DNA of 64,000 bases. Source: a virus. Taxonomy: Duplodnaviria; Caudoviricetes. This document shows positions 46,318 through 54,346 of the stretch, piece after piece (the stretch's first letter is position 1; every line of letters starts with the position of its first letter). The stretch spans positions 8,733 to 72,732 of IMG/VR virus record IMGVR_UViG_3300009873_000009, one strand, 5' to 3'. The position numbers were made by a program, and so were the translations under genes. Under the pieces are notes generated by a model that was not told the DNA's origin, made no database searches, and saw only the letters and a program-made list of their open reading frames with translations.

Positions 46318-46329
46318 CCTTTTCTTCTC

Positions 46330-47784
46330 CTATGGTAGTAATTTCCCGGCTCGGCCCTTACCTGCGATGACATTAAACGCTCCCGAGCTAGCGTCCACTT
46401 GGTCCTTGTATTTGCCGCGGTCGAAGTACCGGAGCTCGTCTATGTAAGCCTGGTTCCAATCAGCTTCGACCAGGATCACATTCTCGCCATTGACTTGGGA
46501 GGCGAACGGTTCAGCACGGAGGCGCTTGTCGCCGTCCCCCTTCCCCACTTTATGGATGAGCACTCGGAAGCCGGCTAGGCGCTTCACCGTGTCACGTGCC
46601 GAGTCCTTACCGCCCGAACCACCCTCCTGTTCAACGGCAATAATGACCTTCTTCCCATCTGCCCTAGCAGTGCGGAGAATAACCTGCTCCCGTTCATACG
46701 ACTCCCATTGCCCCCGTTCTACATGGAGAACCCAATACGTGGGGAGCTTGTTTCTTATCTGGACTCCAATCTTCACCCCTACCGTATAGGCTCCCCCATC
46801 CAATGTCCCAGCCTTATCCCAATACCGGATGATCCGTGCGAATGAACTATCCGGTGGACGGTCCTTCTCTATTCTGAGGCGTTGCACTTTGAACATGCCT
46901 CCGCCTAGCGGCACAGGCGACTGCCCGAACTGTCCCGCATAGCTATATTCCCCGTCCGCCTTATGATTCTTGAGCACCTCTCTCGGGAGTCGTATCGGGT
47001 CTAGGAGTCCGTTCTGGTACTTCTTGGCAAGACCAGCAGGACGCACCTCGTATCCCTCATCACAGGTAGCAGGCAGGCAAATATGGCGAACCGGCATTCC
47101 CTTCTTCTTGGCGAGAAGGCGGCCGGCGGGATCATCCTCGTGGAGTCTCTGCATCACCATCGCCATTGCCGTGATGCGCTTATCGACCTTGCGAGTAGGC
47201 CAGACCTCCGACATCCAGCTATTGGCGGCTTTAAGGTCGGCCTCGGATAGAGCCTGCTGCGGATCGAGCGGGTCGTCTGTGATCAGAAAATGCCCATGAT
47301 GCCCCGTCGGGCTTTTACCCCCTACGGTCGCGACCAGTCTCATCCCTCCTGCCGTGTTCTGGAAATGCCCCTTCGTGTCCTGGTCGTCCCGGAGCTCTAC
47401 CTCGGGGAAACAGGCTCGATATTTTTCCGAGCGAATGACGTCACGAGACTTGCGGGACAGGTCGAGCCCGAGAGTGCCCGTGTGACTTGCGTTGAGGAGG
47501 CGGGCAGTCGGCATCCTGGTCCAGACCCACGGGCAGAACATCACCGACGCAACAGTGGACTTGGTGGTGCCTGGCGGGATGTTGACGAGGAGCTCGTGCT
47601 CGGCAGGTTTGTTGCGGAAGACCAACTCCGCCTGATACTGGAGCTCGTCGCACATGAGCTCGATGTGGAAGTTGAAGATGGGAGTCTCGGGAATAATGAC
47701 ATCCCAGAATTCCCGTATGAATTCGTAGAAGCTCTCGCGCGTAATAGACGCGACGAGGTCGTGCTCGGCGAACCCTCGCTTCAT
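46330..47784 (-). CDS. terL: terminase large subunit
   Basis: VNIPPGTTKS (Walker A), LITDDP (Walker B), MQRLHEDD, YWDKA, EQEGGSGG, F..G.Y.DQVDA. Confidence 0.93.
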   Translation of the reverse strand: MKRGFAEHDLVASITRESFYEFIREFWDVIIPETPIFNFHIELMCDELQYQAELVFRNKPAEHELLVNIPPGTTKSTVASVMFCPWVWTRMPTARLLNASHTGTLGLDLSRKSRDVIRSEKYRACFPEVELRDDQDTKGHFQNTAGGMRLVATVGGKSPTGHHGHFLITDDPLDPQQALSEADLKAANSWMSEVWPTRKVDKRITAMAMVMQRLHEDDPAGRLLAKKKGMPVRHICLPATCDEGYEVRPAGLAKKYQNGLLDPIRLPREVLKNHKADGEYSYAGQFGQSPVPLGGGMFKVQRLRIEKDRPPDSSFARIIRYWDKAGTLDGGAYTVGVKIGVQIRNKLPTYWVLHVERGQWESYEREQVILRTARADGKKVIIAVEQEGGSGGKDSARDTVKRLAGFRVLIHKVGKGDGDKRLRAEPFASQVNGENVILVEADWNQAYIDELRYFDRGKYKDQVDASSGAFNVIAGKGRAGKLLP

Positions 47785-48524
47785 TGGGCGGCCTCCACCG
47801 TGAGCGCCCGGCGTTCGTTACGGAGCGCGTCCAGGATTTGCTTCCGCACCTCGAGCGGTAACTGTAGGTCGTCAACCGCCACGACAGACAGGTTGTGTTG
47901 GACAGCTCCAGTGTGCTCGTGCTCGATCTTCTCGCCGTAGCCCCGGTCGCGGTTCAGGGTCTTATTGGCGAAGATCGTTGCCGGGGAGTCCCCGCGGGCG
48001 ACCAGTCCCACCAAGGCGCTTTCAAAGAAGTCCTTCTTGGCTTGGTGAAGCTCGTCAATGAGGGCGGCGAAGTCCGGATCAAACTTGGTCCAGTAGCGTA
48101 CGATGTCGCGGCTCAGATTGAGGGCGCGACGAGCCGCCGACTGCGAGAAGTTGTAGTGGCTGAGCGCGTACAGAAACAGGTGCTGCCGAGTGTTCTTGCC
48201 TTCGTTGGCCAGCAGCGCCTCGATTCTCTGGACGGCGTTCGGTTCCTCCTCGCACTCCTGGAGCAAATCCCACAGCGCCTGAAGGCGGGGCGGCAGGCGG
48301 TTGTAGACGTACTCCCGAAAGTCCTCGGTGTGCACGCACTTGGACGCGCCCTTGCGAGCCTGCTTCAGCGCATAGCGGAACCCTGGCCGCTTCCGTTTCC
48401 AGAGCTGGATCGTGGCCGGACTCACGCCGAGCGCAGCGGCGATCTTCTCGTCACTCAATCCCTCGCGCGCCAGTTCGTAGGCATCGATGGCAAACTCCGG
48501 TTTCCAGAACGTCTTCTTCTTCAT
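47781..48524 (-). CDS. terS: terminase small subunit
   Basis: N-terminal HTH (GLSDEKIAAALGVSPATIQLWK), IFANKTLNRDRGYG; directly upstream of terL. Confidence 0.8.
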   Translation of the reverse strand: MKKKTFWKPEFAIDAYELAREGLSDEKIAAALGVSPATIQLWKRKRPGFRYALKQARKGASKCVHTEDFREYVYNRLPPRLQALWDLLQECEEEPNAVQRIEALLANEGKNTRQHLFLYALSHYNFSQSAARRALNLSRDIVRYWTKFDPDFAALIDELHQAKKDFFESALVGLVARGDSPATIFANKTLNRDRGYGEKIEHEHTGAVQHNLSVVAVDDLQLPLEVRKQILDALRNERRALTVEAAQ

Positions 48525-48883
48525 TGGTCCCCCGCCTGGGATGAGGCGTCAGGGGCGTACGATACTCGTGAAAAGTTCTGATAACACGCCTACAAAGCTA
48601 ACATCGGTCCCACTACTGCGCTCGGATAAGTCGCCGTTGATGGGTTGCCCTGGCCTCGCCTGCGCTCCCTGGCGGGGCGGTTGGAACAGGGCGGGGGACA
48701 GGGGGTCGGGGCGGCCGAGCGCGCGCTAGGCGAGCGCCTACGCGCTCCAGGAGGGGGTTTCCGAGGGGGCCGGCGGGCCGGATATAGGGAGAGGGGAGAG
48801 GGGGCGGCGGGGGGGTTGATGGACAGCTGTTATACCCCCATTGTGGGAAATCCGGCAGAAAATCAAAATATTTTTCCCGCACC

Positions 48884-49012
48884 TAACCTGATACCGGATA
48901 AGGGTTTCCGGCTCGTCCCCCACCGGGGGGCACGAATCATTATCCGGTTAATAGCGTATCCGGAAAACCGCCCGGAAAGGCGCTGTAACCTGATACCGGA
49001 TAAGGGTTTCCG
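48884..49012. repeat. 27-bp perfect direct repeat (2 copies) in non-coding late/early junction
   Basis: TAACCTGATACCGGATAAGGGTTTCCG at 48884-48910 and 48986-49012. Confidence 0.9.
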
Positions 49013-49273
49013 TCAAAAACCCCCCTTCTGGACCGACTCCGTATAGGGTATACGGCGTCAACAAACACCTGCGAGGGCAAACGAGTAGGGCAAACCGGGG
49101 CCGAGTAAGGGCAACCCCTAGTCGCCACCAGATCTTTTACAACCTAGAGAGTCCACGGGCAAGGCGCTGCGGCGCGTTGCAGACCAGAACACTGCCTGGC
49201 CGTTTCCGCGACGACCCTTCGGTCGCCACCCCCACAACAATCCAATGAGCAGGGGGACGCGAACGCATACAAC

Positions 49274-49329
49274 AACGCGAAACGCCGGTTCGCCGGCGTC
49301 TACGGGTTTGACCCGTACTGATGAGCGTT
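49274..49329 (+). ncRNA. type II hammerhead ribozyme 1
   Basis: AACGC-GAAA-CGCCGG(TTCG)CCGGCG-TC^-TACGGG(TTTGA)CCCGTA-CTGATGA-GCGTT; predicted cut after 49300. Confidence 0.9.
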
Positions 49330-49357
49330 CAACCAAGGAGCGTGCCGAGCCCGCTAA

Positions 49358-49445
49358 GGACGAAACGCTCGGATCAACATACCGCGGCACCAGCCCGGGA
49401 GTTACGTTCCGAGCGTCCAGGGGTTACGCCCCTGCTGATGAGTCC
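49358..49445 (+). ncRNA. type II hammerhead ribozyme 2 (34-nt loop III)
   Basis: GGAC-GAAA-CGCTCGGA..TCCGAGCG-TC^-CAGGGG(TTACG)CCCCTG-CTGATGA-GTCC; predicted cut after 49417. Confidence 0.9.
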
Positions 49446-49466
49446 ATCCAACTAAAGGAGTTTCCC

Positions 49467-49685
49467 ATGAACCAGAAAATGAAACGCTACGCCATCACCT
49501 ACCGCATCCCCACCAAAAGCACGCTTGGCAAACGCAAGTTTGTCGAGAAGCAGGGGTTCAGTGAGGAACACGTCAAGATTGAGTTCCTCGCGCTGCACCC
49601 GAACGCCATAGTGGAGTGCGTTCTTCCCATCCCAGGTCAAGAGCAGCCGGCCGAGGATTGCGGTAGAGGTCGTCCCCGCCAATGA
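49467..49685 (+). CDS. early hypothetical protein
   Basis: AAAGGAG RBS 10 nt after HHR2; MNQKMKRYAITYRIP... Confidence 0.7.
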   Translation: MNQKMKRYAITYRIPTKSTLGKRKFVEKQGFSEEHVKIEFLALHPNAIVECVLPIPGQEQPAEDCGRGRPRQ

Positions 49686-49693
49686 GATGCTAA

Positions 49694-49745
49694 GGACGAA
49701 ACGCCCTCGCGGGCGTCCGGTTGTAACGCAACCGCTGATGAGTCC
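49694..49745 (+). ncRNA. type II hammerhead ribozyme 3
   Basis: GGAC-GAAA-CGCCC(TCGC)GGGCG-TC^-CGGTTG(TAACG)CAACCG-CTGATGA-GTCC; predicted cut after 49717. Confidence 0.92.
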
Positions 49746-49768
49746 ATCCCAACCTTACGAGGTTCCAA

Positions 49769-50242
49769 ATGCTTACACTTTACAAAGGCCGTCTGTCCTG
49801 GAACGGATACCGCAACGCATGCCCGCCGGACATCTACGACCTGGCGCTGCGTCCCACCCCGAACAACCTGCGAAGGCTGTATTCCCTCGGCTATCTGCCG
49901 CAGGGAGAGTTGGAGACCTGTCTTACCATTCTCGGTTCTGTTACCCCTAGCGAAGAAGGAGATGAGACCATGTCGAAGTCCTCCACGAAGAAGGCCGCCA
50001 AGTCCGAGTCCACCCCCCGCGTTACGCTCTTCGAGCAGAGCGTCACCGCAGTCCTCCGGTTCATGGGGCTGAACGACTGGGTGTTCGATGACGCCCGCCT
50101 CGCGCTCAATACGCTGGGCGCGAGCGAGATCAGCGACACGACCATCCGCATTCAACTGCGGGCGGGCAAGAAGGGCGAGCGCGGCGAGCCGGCCAAGTTG
50201 ACCAAGTCGCAGATCGCGTCACTCAAGAAGGCCGCGAAGTAG
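49769..50242 (+). CDS. early protein carrying the shared 'RWMG' helical domain (second in-frame start at 49970)
   Basis: C-terminal VTAVLRFMG...DDARLAL..LG...SDTTIRIQLRAG..GERGEPAKLT; strong AAGGAG RBS before internal ATG 49970. Confidence 0.7.
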   Translation: MLTLYKGRLSWNGYRNACPPDIYDLALRPTPNNLRRLYSLGYLPQGELETCLTILGSVTPSEEGDETMSKSSTKKAAKSESTPRVTLFEQSVTAVLRFMGLNDWVFDDARLALNTLGASEISDTTIRIQLRAGKKGERGEPAKLTKSQIASLKKAAK

Positions 50243-50297
50243 GACGAAACGCCAGGGTGCCCTGGCGTCGGACGGTTGTGCCGTCCCTGATGAGTCC
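50242..50297 (+). ncRNA. type II hammerhead ribozyme 4
   Basis: GGAC-GAAA-CGCCAGG(GTGC)CCTGGCG-TC^-GGACGG(TTGTG)CCGTCC-CTGATGA-GTCC; predicted cut after 50269; first G is the last base of the upstream TAG. Confidence 0.92.
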
Positions 50298-50318
50298 CAA
50301 GTCACAAGGAGCAAACCC

Positions 50319-50768
50319 ATGCCTGCCAAACGCCGTCACCTTCTCTGCATCCGGGAGAACCTCCGTCCATTCTTCGAACGCCGTCTGAACGTCCTCGGAA
50401 TCGACCACTCGTTCGACAACGACCACAGCCGCGAGAACGGGATCTACACCGTTCGGTGCTCGGCCTCCGACGCGCAGTACGTCACCGCCTGGCTGGAAGG
50501 GGTGAGCGCCGCGACCTCCTGGGAGGTTCCCTTCAAGACCCGCTTCACCCTCCCTCGCGTGATCGAGTGCACCTTCGCCCACGTTTGCGACAACGAACTG
50601 ATCGAGGACGAAGAGAATCTTGAGGACTTCGAGAAGGTTCTCCGGACCGCCAAGTCGATCAGCGAGATTGTAGACCAGCTGTACGCCTACACCGGCATCG
50701 AACACGGTGACGGGTGGCAGTTCGTCCTCGACGCGCTCGCGGAGGGGGTCGGTGAGACAATCCACTAG
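50319..50768 (+). CDS. early hypothetical protein
   Basis: CAAGGAG RBS just after HHR4; acidic C-terminus; its TAG overlaps HHR5. Confidence 0.7.
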   Translation: MPAKRRHLLCIRENLRPFFERRLNVLGIDHSFDNDHSRENGIYTVRCSASDAQYVTAWLEGVSAATSWEVPFKTRFTLPRVIECTFAHVCDNELIEDEENLEDFEKVLRTAKSISEIVDQLYAYTGIEHGDGWQFVLDALAEGVGETIH

Positions 50769-50819
50769 GACGAAACGCCCGCGAGGGCGTAGTGCCGTTT
50801 TGCGGCACCTGATGAGTCC
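50768..50819 (+). ncRNA. type II hammerhead ribozyme 5
   Basis: GGAC-GAAA-CGCCC(GCGA)GGGCG-TA^-GTGCCG(TTTTG)CGGCAC-CTGATGA-GTCC; GUA site, predicted cut after 50791. Confidence 0.9.
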
Positions 50820-50838
50820 CTTTTTCGGAGTTTCCAAA

Positions 50839-51060
50839 ATGTACGTCATCGTCACCAGCGTCGGTCTCCAACTGTTCCTTAGCAAGCGTGAGGACGGAGG
50901 ACGCGAAGAACTGGCCGGCTTGGTGCCTCGCATCGAGCAGGCATGGCACTTCCGGACCTACCTAGACGCGAGCGAGATGATCCGAAAGCGCTACGCCGCG
51001 TACCGCGAGCACGGCAAGGCGTGCACCCCCTTAGAGGTGCGCGAGGTCGTCGGCGAGTAA
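50839..51060 (+). CDS. early hypothetical protein
   Basis: GGAG RBS after HHR5; 73 aa. Confidence 0.6.
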   Translation: MYVIVTSVGLQLFLSKREDGGREELAGLVPRIEQAWHFRTYLDASEMIRKRYAAYREHGKACTPLEVREVVGE

Positions 51061-51074
51061 AACCCGTAAAACAA

Positions 51075-51121
51075 GGGGTTTTTAACCCCGCTTGTGCTAC
51101 AAATGTAGGATTCGTTAGACT
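51075..51121 (+). promoter_or_regulatory. repeated sigma70-like early promoter/operator, copy 1
   Basis: TTGTGC-18-TAGACT with an internal palindrome CTACA-AA-TGTAG; near-identical copy at 54871. Confidence 0.65.
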
Positions 51122-51146
51122 GGCAACCCCTCACCGAGAGCACCCA

Positions 51147-52346
51147 ATGAAAACCACGAAGCAAGAATTCCTCGACGCGCTCAAGGAGCACACCGGCTAT
51201 TGGGTCGGCACGACCAAGCTGCTCGACGCGCTCGACCTACCGAACAGCGCCCGGCCGCAAACGCTCATGATCCTCCACTCGCTCACCGAGCAGGGAGTTC
51301 TGGAACGGCATGGCAAGGCGAAGTTCGCATGGCGGTGGGTTCCCAACACCAAGACCGCCGCGGACATCAACTGGAAGCACAACCCCGCCAGCGTCAAGAC
51401 CGGCGGAGGCGAGGGGAGCGGGACCACCACGGTCAACAATGAGCGGGTCGACCAGCTGAACGACCTCGTCGCCAACCTCGAGACGACCGTCGAGTCGCTG
51501 ACCAAGCGGCTCGAAGAGGTCGCCGCGACGAGCGTCCGCGAGATCATCCTGAAGAACTACGAAGGGCAGCGCACGACACGGCTCAAGGACGTCACCCTCC
51601 CCAAGCAGTTCGACCAGACGCTGTCCCTGGCCAACTGCCGGCGCAACATCCTCCTCGTGGGTCCGGCCGGTTGCGGCAAGACCTACCTGGCGCGCCTCAT
51701 CGCCAAGTCCCTGAAGTTCTCCTTCGCGTCCCTGTCCTGCACGGCAGGCATGAGCGAGTCCCACCTGCTGGGCCGCGCGACGCCGGACATCCAGAAGGGA
51801 ACCACGGTGTATCAACGGTCCGCGTTCCTGGAATGCTTCGAGGAGGGAGGGGTCTTCCTGCTCGATGAGTTGGACGCCGCGGACTCCAATACCCTCCTGG
51901 TGATCAACGACGCTTTGTCCTCCGGTCGCTGCTCCGTTCCCAATCGTCCGGACAACCCGGTCGCCGTCCGGCATGAGGATTTCGTTCTCATCGCAACGGC
52001 CAACACGTTCGGGCGCGGCGCGAGCCGGGTCTACGTCGGTCGTAACCAGTTAGACGAAGCGACGCTCGATCGGTTCCGCATCGGGACCATCGAATGCGAC
52101 TACGACCGCGCCGTCGAAGCGAGCGTTTGCCCGGACGAGACCATCCGGGTGCGGTTGCAGACCATCCGGCGGAGTATTGAGGACGCGTCCCTCCGACGCA
52201 TCCTGTCAACCCGGTTCCTCGCGGACGCCTACGTCATGCATAAGTCCGCGGGCTGGACCATCGAGACCATCCTCAATACCTACTTCCAAGGCTGGTCTCC
52301 CGAGGAGCGTGCCAAGGTTGACATCCCCTACGCCAATTCCCACTAA
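51147..52346 (+). CDS. MoxR/CbbQ-NorQ-type AAA+ ATPase with N-terminal HTH and coiled coil
   Basis: GPAGCGKT, FLLDELDAAD, IATANTFGRG...YVGRNQLDEATLDRF. Confidence 0.88.
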   Translation: MKTTKQEFLDALKEHTGYWVGTTKLLDALDLPNSARPQTLMILHSLTEQGVLERHGKAKFAWRWVPNTKTAADINWKHNPASVKTGGGEGSGTTTVNNERVDQLNDLVANLETTVESLTKRLEEVAATSVREIILKNYEGQRTTRLKDVTLPKQFDQTLSLANCRRNILLVGPAGCGKTYLARLIAKSLKFSFASLSCTAGMSESHLLGRATPDIQKGTTVYQRSAFLECFEEGGVFLLDELDAADSNTLLVINDALSSGRCSVPNRPDNPVAVRHEDFVLIATANTFGRGASRVYVGRNQLDEATLDRFRIGTIECDYDRAVEASVCPDETIRVRLQTIRRSIEDASLRRILSTRFLADAYVMHKSAGWTIETILNTYFQGWSPEERAKVDIPYANSH

Positions 52347-52350
52347 AGCC

Positions 52351-53193
52351 ATGAAAATCATCAAAGACACCAAGCTGCGAGGCCATGCCATGATCTTCGA
52401 CGGCATCCTCGACCTGGCGAACAGCACTCACGACGCGATCAAGCAGGGCGCGTCCCTGCCCGACTACCAATCCCTTGCCTACCGCAGTAACTGGCTAGGA
52501 CGCACCTTCTCCTCCTGGGAACAGGTGGTGGAGGCCTGCCGTTCTCACTGGCCCAAGGGCATGGACATCGTCAAGGCGATGATTGAGGAACTGAAGAAGC
52601 AGCCCCTCCCCCAGCCCAAGTCCCGCAAGCGCAAGGCGCGGTGGAGCGAGGACGACGGGGAGGTTGAGGTAGGCAGGTTCCTCGCCGGCGAGTCGGCGTT
52701 CTACCGCGACGTCCGTCGGGACAACGTGCACGGTCCCGAGACCCTCACCCTCCTCTGCAACCTGGACGCGAGCGGGGGGATTGATCACAACGAAATCTTC
52801 TGGCGGGGCGCGGCCGCGGTTGCGATCTGCGACCTGCTCGAAGACGCCGGCTATTCCTGCGAAGTCTGGATGTGGGGAGTCGGAGATGGGACATGGAACA
52901 ACGACCTGCCTACCGTGTTCACTGCTGTCCCGCTTAAGAAGGCCGGCGCTCCCTTGGACCTCAACTGCCTGGTGGCGGGGTTGTCAGCTTGGTTCCTCCG
53001 GTCCCTGGTGTTCCATAGCTACCTCATCGCAGACCGCCACGTGATGCGAGGCTGGGGACAGCCGAACTACAATATCGGCAAGTGGGTCAATTACATCCCG
53101 GCAAACCAAGATGATATTCGTCACGTTCCTATGGCCGAGACGGCACTGGAAGCAGTGCACTCGGCCTACAAAATCCTGAAGGAGTTGCAATGA
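52351..53193 (+). CDS. VWA-like partner of MoxR AAA+ ATPase
   Basis: TLLCNLDASGG (degenerate MIDAS), RGAAAVAICDLLE.AGY.CEVW; adjacent to the AAA gene. Confidence 0.65.
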   Translation: MKIIKDTKLRGHAMIFDGILDLANSTHDAIKQGASLPDYQSLAYRSNWLGRTFSSWEQVVEACRSHWPKGMDIVKAMIEELKKQPLPQPKSRKRKARWSEDDGEVEVGRFLAGESAFYRDVRRDNVHGPETLTLLCNLDASGGIDHNEIFWRGAAAVAICDLLEDAGYSCEVWMWGVGDGTWNNDLPTVFTAVPLKKAGAPLDLNCLVAGLSAWFLRSLVFHSYLIADRHVMRGWGQPNYNIGKWVNYIPANQDDIRHVPMAETALEAVHSAYKILKELQ

Positions 53194-53333
53194 CACTGCA
53201 AGAGACGATCAACCTGTTCCAGTCCGAGACCGGCAAGACTGTCTCGGACTCGTTCCAAGACTTCTGGTTCTGGCTTGACAGCCACCTGGAGAACGGCACT
53301 GGACCATTCGCATCCTCAGGAGACAAACAATGA
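53190..53333 (+). CDS. small hypothetical protein
   Basis: ATGA overlaps at both ends; 47 aa; not in the ORF track. Confidence 0.45.
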   Translation: MTLQETINLFQSETGKTVSDSFQDFWFWLDSHLENGTGPFASSGDKQ

Positions 53334-53659
53334 ACAGATTCTATGTCATCCTCGATCTCCTCCCCCGGTTGAAAGACCTGGCGGAGGAGTACCGCAACGA
53401 AGCCGAGCATCAGGATGGGGCCGAGTATTGGGACCAGTTCCCCGACATAGACGCCGTCCTCGCCGACCTCGGGCTGTACCTCACGGCTCGAACCGACGTC
53501 GAGGACAAGCGCTGGCGCGTCCTCTGCTCCGGTCCCTACACCCCGACCGACCAGCCGAGCGAAGAGATTTTCGTCACCGCTAAGACCGCCGCGGCGGCCA
53601 AGCGGGCCTTCCGTCGCGACCATCCCCATCACGCCGTCATCCTGGTGGAACGCTCATGA
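53330..53659 (+). CDS. hypothetical protein
   Basis: Coupled ORF with RBS. Confidence 0.6.
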   Translation: MNRFYVILDLLPRLKDLAEEYRNEAEHQDGAEYWDQFPDIDAVLADLGLYLTARTDVEDKRWRVLCSGPYTPTDQPSEEIFVTAKTAAAAKRAFRRDHPHHAVILVERS

Positions 53660-53904
53660 TCTACAGTCTCGATCAATTCACTCGGCATGGCGACTCGCTC
53701 GTTGCCGAGGCCAGCGACCTCAACGCGAGAGGGAGGGACGAGCATGTCCTAATCCGTAGTCACTTCACCGGCCGAGTCGTTCGGTTCATCTTCTCGAGAA
53801 CCGAAATGACTCCGGACGGTGAGGATATTGCGGGCTGGCATTACACTGCCGACCCGCGTGGTCCCGTTGTCAAGACTCCCCGTGTCCTCATCATCAACGA
53901 CTAG
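53656..53904 (+). CDS. hypothetical protein
   Basis: Coupled ORF. Confidence 0.6.
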   Translation: MIYSLDQFTRHGDSLVAEASDLNARGRDEHVLIRSHFTGRVVRFIFSRTEMTPDGEDIAGWHYTADPRGPVVKTPRVLIIND

Positions 53905-53908
53905 CCCA

Positions 53909-54346
53909 ATGAAACCGTTCAAGCCTCACGACCTGGCGTTCATGACCGTCCCTACCTCTACTCGCCGGCGCGTTGTAGAGGTGCTGTCCTTCCCTGTCCC
54001 CGGCGGGACCATAATGGTGCGCATGGTCCCAGGAGACTGCGAGACATTGCGGGAGGTTCCCCTGTCCCTCCTCGCGCCATGCAACAAGACCCGTTACATC
54101 CACTTCGCCGAGGTTGAGGGACGGTTCATGTTCCCGGAGGACATGCTGCGCTACGACGGCGCGGCGCTCTGCGACCCGGATCAACCGGAGGACGAGTATC
54201 GTCCCACCGGTCCGGTCCTCATCTACAAGATCAGCGACCGGGCACGTCCGCCGTGGACGGACGCCCGTTGGCTCTCGTTCGGCTGCAAGGTTCGTCACAT
54301 TCTCACCCACGACTTCCGGAAGTCCCCCACAGGAATCGGCCAATGA
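53909..54346 (+). CDS. hypothetical protein
   Basis: Coupled ORF; GRFMFPEDMLRYD motif. Confidence 0.6.
   Translation: MKPFKPHDLAFMTVPTSTRRRVVEVLSFPVPGGTIMVRMVPGDCETLREVPLSLLAPCNKTRYIHFAEVEGRFMFPEDMLRYDGAALCDPDQPEDEYRPTGPVLIYKISDRARPPWTDARWLSFGCKVRHILTHDFRKSPTGIGQ

Noticed and set aside
48586-48606. CTACAAAGCTAACAT resembling the early-promoter operator
   Set aside because: Only a partial match with different half-site orientation; too weak to call.
49245-49466. N-terminal extension of ORF 49245-49685 reading through hammerheads 1 and 2
   Set aside because: No RBS at 49245, a strong RBS at 49455-49460, and the sequence is explained by RNA structure; the true start is taken as 49467.
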